DNA of 56,030 bases, filler included, from Sluysia triapertura (GCA_046118255.1; 4 parts of 4 records of this genome joined end to end with filler, not necessarily neighbours in it); one strand, 5' to 3'. Positions 38,451 through 51,076 are shown, counted from the first letter of the whole stretch. Program-made: numbers and translations. Notes: generated by a model not told the origin, from the letters alone.

Positions 38451-39187
38451 AAAGAGACGAAAAGGATATTGGTTTTTATTAAGGTTGGCCACTACAATCT
38501 ATAATCTCAAAAACACAAAAAATAAATTCTTTAAATCTTTATTGGATAAATTCCTTGGACAGAAAACCTCCATCTTTGGACAGAAGACTTTGATCATATT
38601 TTCTTGTGATTATCGTTAGTTTATTTTGTTTAGGTTTAAGTACGCTTTGAGTACAAGGTAAAATCATACTTAATATAACGCTAAACTTTTTCAGAACCAT
38701 TAAAAGGTTCTTTGTAAAATTAAATAAAAATTTTATTTTTTCAGATTAACACTATTAAAGTTAATAAGTAACTTTCAAAAAAGGCTTGATCTTGATTATT
38801 TTTAATTCAGAATTAACAAAACCGATTTTAAAATTTTCGGCAGTAAAAATTATTCATTTAAAATCTAGTATAATAGTCTTTAATCTTTAAAAAACCGTGT
38901 TCAAAATACGGCAAAAATCAATATCACTACTAAATTATTTGTATTTGAACTCCAAGATTCTTCAATTAAACAATGTCATGTATTAAGTGTACGATAGTTT
39001 ATCTTATTTTGACTTTAAGAAAATATTGTATTCAATAAACGAAAGTAAATTACAAATTAAAGTTCCTGGTTAATCTCCAATATAAGTAAATTTATTACTA
39101 CATACGGACTAGTCCTTAAGTAGTGAATAAGAATATGGTCGTAGGGTACTCACGTTTCTCATTACATTATCTACGACAAATCTTACG

Positions 39188-39222
<35 letters not shown>

Positions 39223-40045
39223 CCATATTTCAATTCAAAAACTGGTTGATATAGTTTTGTATATTGGTGGCAGCGAGGAAGAGGAGTAAGAGTGAGAGGG
39301 TGTTATAAAATGTAAATTAGAAAGGCAAAGAGATAGAAGGTTAACAAGAGGTTAGAGTTAGTAGGAAAATAGTTGTGGTAGGGAATTTAGAAGAGTTGAA
39401 CTTGTTTTATAGAAATTTCATTCTTTTAACTAACTGTTGAATTTTTAACTAATGGATTTTGAGTTGTTGAAATTTAATATTTCAAGTTATTGAGATTAAA
39501 TATTTTATGTTGTTTGGTTGTTATGTAGTTGTGAAGTTCTGATATGTTAAAATTTCGAGTGATATGATTGGTCATCATATTAATTATAATTAAAGACCGA
39601 ACAGAATGTGAAAAACTACTTCAAACGTCAGATCTTGATACTGAATATTTCCATTTGGATAACATCATACGTTTTATTGGAGAATTGAAATTGGATATAA
39701 TTGCTTTGAAATAAGTGTAATATTAATCATTTTATTTAGTTTGTAAATCAAACAGCAGATTATTAGAAACATATCGAATAACGAACATCGAACCTTTGTT
39801 GAGATAATATTAAAAGAACCGAATATAACTATTTCAGAATAACTGTAAATCAAAATTTGATTATAACTAATTATTTCATTTTTCGAGATATCCTTTTATT
39901 TACTAATTATAAAAGTTACTGTCAAGTAGAATTCAAATTAGTGTTGAAAGATACTTCGAATTAAAATCAAATTATAAAGCGAAAGACAAACGTTACCAAA
40001 CTTAATTACATACGGACTACAACTAAAAAATAATGTTATTTATAA

Positions 40046-40047
<2 letters not shown>

Positions 40048-40097
<50 letters not shown>

Positions 40098-40113
40098 GTT
40101 GTTGTTGTTGTTG
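40048..40113. repeat. Compound (TTA)n(TTG)n microsatellite
   Basis: Read directly; a (CA)n(TA)n tract also lies at about 39187-39222. Confidence 0.9.
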
Positions 40114-40509
40114 TAGTGAATAAATGTTTCTTATTTTAGTTTATTTAGTGGGAATTGAAAAGTAAGGACGAGGAACGACTCAAACATTTAGAATAAATTT
40201 GTATTAAATTAATAAATTTAATTTAAACTAGAGCAGAAAAATAATAATAATAATGATAACAATATTTCAAAATATTTTGTATAATTATATTTGTTATTTA
40301 AGTATGTAATACGTTTGGATAGGTTTTTAAAGCAGTTTTTGATGATGACTCTATGAAATATTTTTATCAAATATTTTTATATGTATTTATATTTATATGC
40401 CGATTAATGAAATAATAATAATAATAACAAAGCTAATATATTCTTCTTGGTCTGGATCAACTAAAATTAAAATACAATAAATTTATCACTTATAAAATAA
40501 ATCACTTAC

Positions 40510-40623
40510 AAACTAAATTTTCAACACTTTTCTCTGCTGATTCATCAACTCCTACTAAACATGTAAAATCCGATATAATATTCGCATCCACACTTAATTC
40601 AGTTAATACTTTCTTTAATTCAT
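40510..40623 (-). CDS. VWA5A/PARP4-like (VIT-vWA) protein, internal exon
   Basis: 114-nt CAG/GTAAGT exon ELKKVLTELSVDANIISDFTCLVGVDESAEKSVENLV resembles the LSxxxxVISxFTAFVAVD motif. A 49-nt intron (40461-40509) leads in phase to DPDQEEYISF. Confidence 0.65.
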
Positions 40624-41472
40624 CTGTAAAATAAAATATTATAATAAAATTATTTTAGCAAAACTTAAAATAAAAATATTAAAAATATGAAATGCATATG
40701 ATGCTAAAAGTGACATAAAATTAGAATAAATAAATAGATATAAAAACATTTCATTAATCTTAAAATAAAATTATAAGGAAAAATTAAATCAAAAACTATT
40801 TAAATAATCTCAAATAATCTACTAATCTTAAAATACCCTAAAATCAAAAATAAACGAAAAAATATAAAAATGCAGCACAAAAAAATATAAACATAAACGA
40901 ATCAAACGAAAAAAACAAAATATTATTAAAATAATATCAAGCAAACTAATCCAAACGAAAAAAATAACTGGAAAATAAATGTATATGAATGTATATGCAA
41001 ATATAAATATGGCTAAACAAGTACTGTAGAAGAAAATTTAATATTTGCAATTCAAAATATAGTAGAACAAATTAAGTATAAAATATTTATTACAGAAAAG
41101 AAATTATCTAGAAAATTATCCAGAATGAATTTCATACAAAGAATAAATATAGAGGGAAAGATAATTTAGTTGGATTATTGATGTAACATATTTTATTTGA
41201 CAAATACTCGATTCACTATTTCTATCATCAAACGTTATCTAATAAATTATTTAAGTTTCGAGTGACATTAAGGTTGAATGTATGAAAAATTGACTTTTAA
41301 CACAAATTAAGGGTCTACAGATATGGTACAATTTAGTAGTTTATGAATATGTGCTAAGTCAATAAAATCTAAAGGTTAGAATATTTGTATTTATAGAGCT
41401 TTTATACTTACTAAAAAAACCTTCAACGTAAAATTTTTCTTTATTGTGGTGGACAATCACTCGATAGTAGAT

Positions 41473-41520
41473 TAAGGTGACCAGACGTCCCGCTTTTTCA
41501 CATTTTGTCCCGCGTCCTGA
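41473..41520 (+). mobile_element. hAT-type MITE terminus fragment in an intron
   Basis: TAAGGTGACCAGACGTCCCGCTTTT...GTCCCG resembles the TAGGGTGACCA...GTCCCG hAT ends; no partner end found. Confidence 0.45.
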
Positions 41521-41721
41521 CTTATAGAATTAAGTTAAATTTTATATATACGAATCCTACGGACTACGACGACTAACATATTGCTTTTGCTACCCAGTTA
41601 CATTGTATTTGTCTCTCAGATGATACAAATAAATGATACAGATGTTTAATAAATTTTTTCTGAAATAATTATTAAAAATGACAAATAACTTTACTAAATC
41701 AAAACCAACCATTTTTAGTAC

Positions 41722-41916
41722 TATTATATTCATGTGTCAATCTGTCTATTTGTAACTTAGCCAATCTATAATGAGCTGGAAATTCAGTTATTTTAGATGT
41801 TTTGTCTTTATCGGTTCCTCTTGTTTTAATTATTTCAAATTCATCGCTGATCATTTCGTTTTCATTAAAAATTTGTCCATTAACTTTAACTTTTATTTTA
41901 TCTTCATCCGATAGAC
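41722..41916 (-). CDS. VWA5A/PARP4-like protein, upstream internal exon
   Basis: 195-nt AG/GT exon LSDEDKIKVKVNGQIF...FPAHYRLAKLQIDRLTHEYN joins in phase to 40510-40623; HYRLAK resembles the family HRLAAK motif. Confidence 0.55.
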
Positions 41917-43836
41917 CTAAATAATAATTATTATGAGAATTAATAGTTTCATTAAGATCTTTTAATTTATTAACTTTTATATAAATAATAAATAAATAAA
42001 ATTATAAAACATAGAGATTTATAAAGAAGTTTTATGTATATTGACTTCTCAATGAGTACAGAAGTAGTAGAAAAGAAAAAAACAAATTAGTAAAAGAAGT
42101 TTATTTTATTAGAGTCCAATTTAAATATTTCGATAACATTGTCTGTTCTCTAAATCTAAGACCATTTAACTTATATCAGTTGTAAAACCTTCTTTATAAA
42201 TTAACCTATTACATACAAAAAATGATGAACGTTATGTTTTTAAAGATTGAAAAAAACTAAATATTACTAATGAAAATAGTAATTACTATATAAGAATAAA
42301 ATTCAATTAAAATAAAATTAAAATTAAAACAGAGCTGTACATTTAAAAAATAAAATTTAATTATAATAAAAGAGATATAGTTACCATGTCGAATAGTAAT
42401 GCAGTAGTCACATTTTAAAAATGTAATATCTAAAAGTACTTTAAGTACAATACTAATAATTGTAATATCAATATTAATAAAATAATAATAGCAATCTAAA
42501 TTTGAAATATAATAATAATCATAATAATCATAATCATAATCATAATAGCAAAGAATTTTACAAAGTACGTAAAGAATTTCAGATATTAATATTTCATTTC
42601 ATTTTCCAGATCATCAGTAATTGCTCAACAAATAATTCAATAGCATACTAAGCATCTTTAATGTATGTATATGTACAAAACGTAATAGAATATGAATGTT
42701 TGAACAAAATGTAAATGTAAATAAACTCGGACCAATGAATGTTCTTATCTATGAATGCTTGAAAGTTTGATCAATAAATGGCAACTGGATATTTGATAAA
42801 TGTAAGTGTTTGAAATGTTCGATAAAATATGATGGTTTGAAAGTAACGTAATAGAAATCATGATGCAACAAAATGTTTACATGTTAATTTGAATAAAAAT
42901 GGTGAGCCATTAAGTTAATAAATTACAAAAATATGAATATGTCTGAATGTTAAAATGATTAGTTTGCCCGATATTAATAAAATATAAATAATTAATGTTA
43001 GAATGTTATAATAAATGTTCGAATATAGTCAATGTAATGGAAAATTAATATAATGAATGATGGAATGTTTGACATTATCTATAACATATTATAAATATAA
43101 TTATATTATATTATAAATATTACAAATATAATATTATAAATATTTTATAAATGTTTAAATTAATGTGAATGTTAATTATTTCAATTTTAGATTGTATTTT
43201 AAAGCATGTCTGAATTTTCACGAATTAATAAAATGAGAATATAAATGAATATAAAAATGAACATTAATTTTGAATTAATTCTATACCAAATTAATGAATA
43301 CTGATATGAAAAAAATTAAAATTGTAAATATTATATTAAAACATGTAAATAAAATGAATTAATTGAATTCTGTTATGAAAAATATTACATGTTGTATGAA
43401 TGAGGGACTGTCTACCTTTGAACACCTTAAAACAAACTTGAACTCCTAATATAAGTATACTCAATCCAATTACATTCAACGCTCACCATAAAAACCAAAT
43501 CAAAAACAGAACCAGGATAATTTTATAAGTACACCAATTAAATAACTAAAATTAATAAATTTTGCCTTAAAGAATTTTTATTTAAAACAATAATAAATAA
43601 TAAGCATTTCGATTTTTTTGTAACTTCTTAATAAATTGACTTAAGCCAAAACAATTTAACAAATATTTCTCATTTAATAAATATTTAATGTACATTTTTA
43701 AATTTAAAACTTTTGGAAGACAAATCATTGACGTGTGAGAGCAATAATTATGTGAAAATGTATGGGTGAATACTTCTATATAAAATGTTGTTGTGGTGGA
43801 TATGTTTGCGTGTGTGTTGTTATTTGAGAAGTTTGT

Positions 43837-43877
43837 TTAACACTAGATTTACCAAACCAGTCATTTTGACTGGTTTG
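43837..43877. mobile_element. Transposon terminus with a perfect hairpin (piggyBac-like TTAA|CACTAG end, or Helitron 3' end on the - strand)
   Basis: TTAA|CACTAGATTTAC followed by CAAACCAGTCA-TTT-TGACTGGTTTG (11-bp perfect stem), about 30 nt before the contig end. Confidence 0.5.
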
Positions 43878-43908
43878 ATTAAAAATTACTTAAATTTCTA
43901 TATAAATT

Positions 43909-44008
43909 NNNNNNNNNNNNNNNNNNNNNNNNNNNNNNNNNNNNNNNNNNNNTTAATTAATTAANNNNNNNNNNNNNNNNNNNNNNNNNNNNNNNNNNNN
44001 NNNNNNNN
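43909..44008. other. Artificial contig spacer N44-TTAATTAATTAA-N44
   Basis: Identical linker. Confidence 0.97.
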
Positions 44009-44082
44009 GGTAGAGCAGTCGGACTGCGCAGACGATGGTCCCGGGTTCGATCCCCGGTCAGTCCATTTTACGAAGTCTAACA
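44009..44082 (+). mobile_element. tRNA-carrying dispersed repeat, copy 3 (3' part; the contig starts inside it)
   Basis: GGTAGAGC...CTGCGCAG...GGTC CCGGG TTCGATC CCCGG TCAGTCCA TTTT ACGAA GTCTAACA; perfect T-arm and B box. Confidence 0.9.
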
Positions 44083-44160
44083 TTGAGAAAAATTTACTAA
44101 TGATGAAATTGACTTGCGTATTACATTTGTAACAGAATTTATAGTTTAATTTCACTTGTT

Positions 44161-44470
44161 TTACATGTTATTAATTAGCTTTGGTACCATTGCAATGACT
44201 TTAGCTGGGGCTTGAATTTTTTGATTACGCACCACTTCATGTATATCACATAAATTTCCATTCGTAAATGTAATTTCAAAATTTCCACACAGATAAGGAA
44301 CCATTGTCATATAACCAGCACTCATTAGATCGTTTACTACTGATTTCAACATAGTGTTTTAGTAAACTTTATTTCCACACCTGCTCGTAAAAGTCTTCGA
44401 ATATTTTGTAATTGGCAAAATTATCGGCATTGACAGTCATTGATCTGTCATAATGTTTTCCTACATTAAC
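44161..44470 (-). pseudogene. Possible post-kinase remnant (CaM-binding/ankyrin region) of the DAPK-like gene
   Basis: RSMTVNADNFANYKIFEDFYEQVWK* followed by ORF 44161-44352; only weak positional resemblance to DAPK1 AVNxxxF...WK. Confidence 0.2.
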
Positions 44471-45074
44471 CATCATTTTAAATTAATTCGTTTTGTTGGG
44501 ATTGTCCAGTTAGTGTAGAAAAAATAGGTAAAATGTAAGAAAATTTAAAATATTTAAGAAAAATTGATATAAAAATATGAATATAATAATACAAACATAA
44601 TTAAATATTTCCAGAGCAAAGTAATGAACAGTAAAATGCTATAATCATTTTGAAACCGAAGAATACCTTGGAGTTCCAAAGACCTTTGTATGGTTTGAAA
44701 CTCTTTCGAAAACTTAAGATTTGGAAAAATGTCTTAACACATGAAGATACCTTTGAACTTCTGAACCTTGGGATCATTTGAGACATTGTTGATCTTTTGG
44801 AATCTTTGAAGACATTTGAGAACTTAATAAATTTTTGATACCTTCGAGTAACCTTGTAAAAAGTTTGGAACCTTTGAAATGTTCAAGAATTAAAATAATG
44901 GTTAATAATATTTTAAAGATAAATGTAATACATTAATACTTGAAATAAAAAGTAGTAAAAGGAATCAGAGTAGTGAGATGGCCGTGTAATATTATTATTA
45001 AGTTCGAAATTAACATATGAAAATTTAAAGTTAAAAAAATGGACTTAAGGTCCTTATAGCTGTGACAACATTGT

Positions 45075-45260
45075 AAATTAAATTTATAATTGACATCATA
45101 TAAGTAAAGATAACAATATACAGTAATGTATTTAAATTCAAAAATAAAATCATTTAGAGAAAAATAATAAAATCGGTTAATATATTTAAATTTAAAGATA
45201 AAAATACCACGAGTATAATATACTTCGATATATTTAAATTTAAAAGTAAAGTTACCACGC
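45075..45260. repeat. ~50-bp tandem repeat (TATATTTAAATTTAAA core, 3-4 units)
   Basis: Units at about 45127, 45181 and 45229; these produce the FKFKYI repeats of ORF 44933-45364. Confidence 0.7.
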
Positions 45261-45289
45261 ATTTCCGACAAATCAATTTCTATAACATA

Positions 45290-45656
45290 AAGAAGAATTT
45301 GATAAACAAACATTGATGCTTCATTTTCATTAATTTTGTCGTTCATTGAAATATATTCAACCAATTCACCTTTGGGTACATATTCAAATACTAAAGTAAC
45401 ATTATTTAGAGTCTCGAATGTATCGTAAATTTTAATAATGTTTGGATGGTTCAGAGTCTTCAGAAGTTCAAATTCCAGATCAATACTTTCTTTTGAAACT
45501 CGTCTTCTTGAACTAAGTGCGTTTCTTCGTTGTAACTAACGCAGCATATTGAAACTTAGTTGTTTTGTGTTCGCGAACACTAGCAGCAACAAACTTTCCT
45601 CTAGCAATAAATTCTTTGAAATCATATTCATTTTCAAATCCTCTATCTTTCGACAT
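45290..45656 (-). pseudogene. DAPK: Death-associated protein kinase (DAPK)-like N-lobe fragment, frameshifted
   Basis: MSKDRGFENEYDFKEFIARGKFVAASVREHKTTKFQYAA / frameshift / RRNALSSRRRVSKESIDLEFELLKTLNHPNIIKIYDTFETLNNVTLVFEYVPKGELVEYI...EASMFVYQIL. The basic loop after YAA is typical of the DAPK family; HxD and DFG were not found. Confidence 0.8.
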
Positions 45657-46515
45657 TTTAGAATGTCAGAAAATCAGAAATGGTAACAAAATGTCAATAA
45701 TCCTTTTTCTAAACTTTTTACGTTTCAAAAGGTTACCTTTTTTGACTTATGTAATCTTGAGCATTAATAAACAAGAATTATACAGTTTTTTTATCTTCAT
45801 GTTCAACATTAAAACTGTAGCACCATCAACATAAACCAAAAATAGTATCTTTATTTTTAGCAACACAAACTAATATAATTTAAAAGTAGGTTTACATTTT
45901 CAAATAAAGCTTATTTATAAGAGAAAATATAATTAACATAATTTCTGACACTACTTTAAAATTAAAAAAATATTTTCGTTCTATTTTTTTAACAATACTC
46001 ACCCCAGACAGTGTATTTACATAGATTTATATACAGTAAAACAATAACTATTAAAAGTCAGATACAAAAAACTCATTAGTATTACTTTGTATTTTACAAA
46101 TATTTAAAACTGAATGTTTTTCTTTCGTAAAACTGACAAATTATTTAAAATGTTACTATAAACTATAATTTCAAATAGGCTATCAACTGATGTTGAAAAA
46201 ATGAATTTTCTGTCATTCTATCTTTTAAGCGAACACAACGAAATAAATAAAATATATAGTAAAGTATATAGTAAAATATAGTAAATTATTATACAAAACA
46301 TTTTTACAATTACATATATAAAACACAGTAATTAAACTAAAATTTAATATAATTGAAATATTTTAAGACAATCTAATTCGATTTTAAAATCACATGTATT
46401 TCAATACAAAATTGTATACAACTAATTAAATTTTGCCATTGATTTTTTTATCATACAAAGTAGACTCGTTATTGGATAATAATCATGTCATAAAACGTTA
46501 ATAAAATATTTGCTA

Positions 46516-48116
46516 TTAATCACGTTTAATAATTTTTTTTATTACATTATGAAAAATTAACAAAATCAGTTCAATTATTTCCATTATGCTGATAATACTA
46601 ATTCGAAACCATAAACCTAGTATGGATCCAATACTTGGCAGAATTTTATCAATTGGATAACTCAAATTTTAATTAATTTGCATACCTTTAGTTTTAAATG
46701 GAATAATTAAAATCTTGAATAAATATTTAAATTTTAAATCATGTAAATATCTCTTTTTCCAGTACGTTGTATTTGATTGAATAATTTCTATATTTTTCAT
46801 TAATTGTTGATAGAGTTTTGGATCCGATTTTACATTAAATGTATCAGGTGACCATTTATAATAATTAATACTTGAAGCTTCAAAAAAAATTGTGTTACAA
46901 ACTTCTTTACATTGATGCTTTACATTATATTTTTATAACATTCCATTTGACGAATTAGTTTCAGAACGTCAGATTTTTCAAGTAATTCCATTTTCATAAA
47001 ATTATCACGTGTACTTAATAAAAAATTAAATTATTTGGAATTTTATTGCAAAACGGCACGGTTTCTATTTTCAAATTAGAATTCATTTCATTAATTGGTA
47101 TTGGTAATGTTTCTGAATAACATTGACACTTTTCTACATAAATTTCTTGTTTTTGGCTAAATCACACAATCTAAGACTATAGTTATAAGATCTGATTTCA
47201 TTATTATAATTTGATATTTTATAATTTGTAGAATCAATTAAACAATTATCATTTACATTAATTTGACATTGATTTATAGCATTCATTTGTATTAAACCAA
47301 AAGCTTGGTTATTTACCTGAATTCGACCTAATTCAGTGTTTGGATAATAATTATTTTCAACAAAAACTAAGTATGGTGTTTGATCGTAAAATATTTGCTG
47401 CGTTTCATAAATATGAATTAAGGAAGCAAGTGATGGACGCGAATATAACACAGTTGTTTTTTATCTTTTATCGTAACATTATCTAGTGGTTTTATTTCAA
47501 AACAAATTTCAAATTCAGAACTTAAAGACATTGTAACTGTACAATTACTCATTTCATTAATTTGACAATAAAATGCCGGTCATAATATTGTAATGATAAT
47601 TTTTGTTCATAAATATGTTCAACCAAAGATAATCGAGTTTGGCTACTCAATTCTTTACTCATATTTAAAGTTTGCCAAAAATTATTAACTCTTGATATTA
47701 CGTAATCAGATGATTTATTTAAAAAAATCGTTAACGGGAATATGAAAACCTTGTGAAATTGGGTAATTAGGACACAAAAATAAAAGCTGGCATATAAAAT
47801 GAAATTTCATTATTTAAAACTTGTGTTTCTACTTCATTTTCTTTATAAATATTTAATTAAAAAAACGAACCACTAAACCACTTATTGCTAGAAGCATAAA
47901 TAGTATCCACAATAATCGTGACTTTAATGACGTAGCACTTGCCATTCTTAAAAATCCATGTGCTTGCGTAGTAGAAGCAAAGTAATAAAATAAAAATTTG
48001 AATGATTTTTCGTCTTTATCAGTTTCTCTTGTTAACACATTTAAAATTTCAAAATCAAAACCAGTAATTGAAGCACGAATCATTTTATTATTAGAATACT
48101 CTTCTGTTTGATTCAT
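46516..48116 (-). pseudogene. DEG/ENaC (amiloride-sensitive sodium channel family) gene, apparently intronless, with several frameshifts and stops
   Basis: N-terminal FASTTQAHGF (HG motif) plus RLLW TM1; post-M1 PAFIF-CPNYP; cysteine-rich YSLRLC...KCQC...PFC...CKEVC; TM2 SIGSILGLWFRISIISIMEIIEL. Confidence 0.85.
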
Positions 48117-50029
48117 TTTTATAAATTTTTCTGGCAATTGTGAAATTTATTGTTTATAATATTTCTATTAGTAATATAGGAAGTGATTCACACAACGTTG
48201 GTGTAGTTGGGTGGGACGATGTCGGCGGATTAAAGTAGTGTTAAATGATGAATTATCGTAATCTGAATATATTATATTCTATTTAAGTTGAGGTATATTA
48301 ATATAATATGTTTAAGGTGTGTTATATTTTAGGTGTTGTTATGTGTGCAAGATACGGCAAAGCTGTGCTGCGTATTGAATATTTGTGGTTGAGTTTGTTA
48401 AAGGTTCATGAATGAGTTGAACACTACAAGTAGTGAAGGTGAAAACATCTAGAGCCTTCTGAATTACCTTATAAAGTAATTAATAGTTTTATAACCATAA
48501 TATAACCATAATAAAATAATTTAAAATAAATAAATAATTAATTAAAATCTTAATTAAGAAAAATTACGTTTGTATGAATAACTTTTGTAATTATTTATAT
48601 GTGTATTTTGAAGAGACATTCCGATAAAGATAAGGTTTGATGGAGTTCATTCAAGGAAAGCCTCTGTATTAAGCAAAGTCGAATTTTTATTAATTTTTAA
48701 TTTAAAGTGCTCTAATTTTCATATTTAGAAAATGAAAAGGTAATGAATTGAATATGAAATGATTGCTATAAATAAGAGAATACGAAAATGAGGACGAAAT
48801 GTTTGTAAAATGGTTTGTTTGGGAATGTGAACCGTAAACATTTTCTATTAAAAAATTTAGCGTGATGAATTGAAAATCAATTAAAATGTAAAAACTAAAG
48901 TTAAATTCATCATTTTTAAGTATGTCAATAATAATAATTGTTATTTTAATGTAAGAATTGATTCATGAAAAAATATATCGAATAGAGTATAATCGAATTG
49001 TTATGTTTGCTTGACAGGTAGTACTATGTATATGTCAAAGTCGTTTTACTCGGTTTAATCTTTAAAAGAGGTTTTGATGGTTTGTGTAAGAGCAATTCCT
49101 GATAGTGAATTTGAGAATGATCGGACGATACAGAGATATAAAAGCGAAAACTTAAAAATTAACAACACAATCGATCATAGCGTAATGTAATGAATAAAGA
49201 AAATCCATGACTATGGTAATGTTTTTTATTATTTTTATTATTTTATTATTTTAATCATTAATAAAATTTGTTAAGTAAATAACTTCTGGGGAAATATTCA
49301 GTTTATTTTGAAGTTATTTCCAATGAAACCTGAATTTTTGAGAAGCCCCCTGTCCGAATTCTTTTGAAATATTTTGAGTTATAAATTTAATTTAATTTCA
49401 ATTTTGATTTTTATTAAGTGATTGAATAATTTTATTTTCGAGAGGCTCCCTGTCCGTATTATTTTTGTAAATCCTTTTTGATATTAATTAAAACAAGGCT
49501 GTTCGAAATTATATAATAATTATCATTATCTTCAACTTATTAGATATTGATATTTTTTAAGTGTTGTTGAGTCACCTCTGGTTTTATTATTTGTGCTTAA
49601 TATTGCTAAATAACAGAACTATTGTTGATTTTTGATTATAGTTATTTTACTCATATTCTTGCATTTGTTTTTTTGTAGTTATAGTATTGAATTGTTATTT
49701 CTGATTTGAAAATAATAAATAATAATCATTATTAAGATAGAAAATTTGTGATAAGTGCACTTGATTTAGTAGATATTTAGATTTTATTTAAGTGAATTAA
49801 ATTAATATTGGATTACTGTTATTATTGACTTAAGGTGAAACAGTATTGTACTTGTTAATTGAATTCAAAAGGATTTTAATATATATACTTTCTATGAACA
49901 ATGAAAATTTACTGCAGTTAGAGAATAATCAATAATTAGTAACAATTTTACGATTACTGAAGATACATTAAAATTTTGAATTAATTTAATTATTAAGTTC
50001 TTGTTATAATTATAAATAAAGACGCAACA

Positions 50030-50897
50030 ATACCACAAAAACAAAATTGGAAAGTATCTTGCAACACGCACGCCAGGGAATATACGTCGAATGCTTAATT
50101 CAGAACCCATTATCCAACAAGGCTTGGTTATTCATGATCAAAGCGAGGAGTAACATTCTCAACCTCAATTTCAATCACCAGACCACCCGCCTACATCTTC
50201 CAACGTTGTGCCGATGGTGTGGCTTTGAAACAGTGTCCTTTCTTCATGTACTGCCAGAATGATAAGACGCACCAAGATCCTCGACTGCCTCACGGAAGTG
50301 ATAACCTCCAGAGGCTTCTTTGTCATCAAAGACACCAATCATAGATGACCCTTGGCGACTCGGTATACAAGCCAGTAGTACTTTTTCATCCAAATTGTTT
50401 CTTATCGACGTCAAAACACCAATGGCTCTAATGAAAAACCTTGAAATTGCTCCGTCCTCCAGCACATCAAAATAAGAAGACCTGAGAGAGAAATTATAAT
50501 GCAAGGTCTCTCTGAACACGTTTATTGCTGGCGCCCTGAGATCATGGGATCCTGACTCAAATCACTAGGCTTCCGCAGAGACGAAATCAAGACCCTGGCA
50601 AAGCAATGTCTGAGACTGACTGTGGAGTCATCAGCCAATGCATACCGAGACCACGTCTTGCAATGACGAGAACATATGAAAAATTATGACCTTAAAAAAT
50701 CCTTCAGTAGCCCATAGCAGAAAATTAAAATGACTATAAACTACAGTTAAGTAAACACGTCCGGAGTGAAGCCTTGCAGTCTACAGGACTGTGTCGAAGC
50801 TCCGTAAGCCTACAGTGAAGGCCTAAAAACTATGGTGAAACTTCGTAAGACCACAAAGACTATAGTGGAAGACCTTCCTTCCATAAATAGGGAAGAG
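50030..50897 (+). mobile_element. 5'-truncated R2/NeSL/Utopia-type non-LTR retrotransposon (CCHC knuckle + restriction-like endonuclease) with putative 3' UTR
   Basis: WLFMIKARSNIL, CRWCGFETVSFLHVL, FLIDVKTP, GALRSWDP, then a stop at 50664-50666; GC-rich island with frameshifts; ~21-bp repeats at 50760-50870. Confidence 0.85.
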
Positions 50898-51053
50898 TTT
50901 TAAACTTCGTAAAATGGACTGACCGGGGATCGAAACCGGGACCTTCGCTGCGCAGTTCGATTGCTCTACCACTGAGCTATCAGCCCCATCTAACAATTTT
51001 ATTTTATTATAGTCAATATACCATCATGGCACTTTAGGCCTTTTACCCCAACA
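50898..51053 (-). mobile_element. tRNA-carrying dispersed repeat, copy 4 (near full length)
   Basis: Reverse complement: TGTTGGGGTAAAAGGCCTAAAGTGCCATG...GACTATAATAAAATAAAAT-TGTTAGAT-G-[tRNA-like]-TTTTACGAAGTTTAAAA. Confidence 0.9.
50915..50986 (-). tRNA. tRNA-like gene (72 nt) with Ala-type acceptor (G3:U70, A73) and aberrant anticodon arm; probably non-functional in translation
   Basis: GGGCTGA TA GCTC AGTGGTA GAGC A ATCGAACTGCGCAGCGA AGGTC CCGGT TTCGATC CCCGG TCAGTCC A. Acceptor and D stems pair, A and B boxes are present, TTTT follows; the anticodon stem pairs poorly. Confidence 0.6.
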
Positions 51054-51076
51054 TATATATTAATATAGCTTTTTTC

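Noticed and set aside
48770-48835. IREYENEDEMFVKWFVWECEP resembling a PolB exonuclease segment
   Set aside because: Too short, with no supporting motifs nearby.
49018-49215. Exon-like frame with four in-frame TAA codons, suggesting stop-codon reassignment
   Set aside because: Conserved GPAT, HID1 and FNTB exons contain no in-frame TAA/TAG, the MFF-like gene ends in TAA, and the broken genes also have frameshifts; ordinary decay in AT-rich DNA explains it.
50760-50870. Short spaced repeats (CTAYAGTGAAG) resembling a CRISPR array; also 20995-21160
   Set aside because: Degenerate minisatellites without unique spacers, eukaryotic context, no cas genes.
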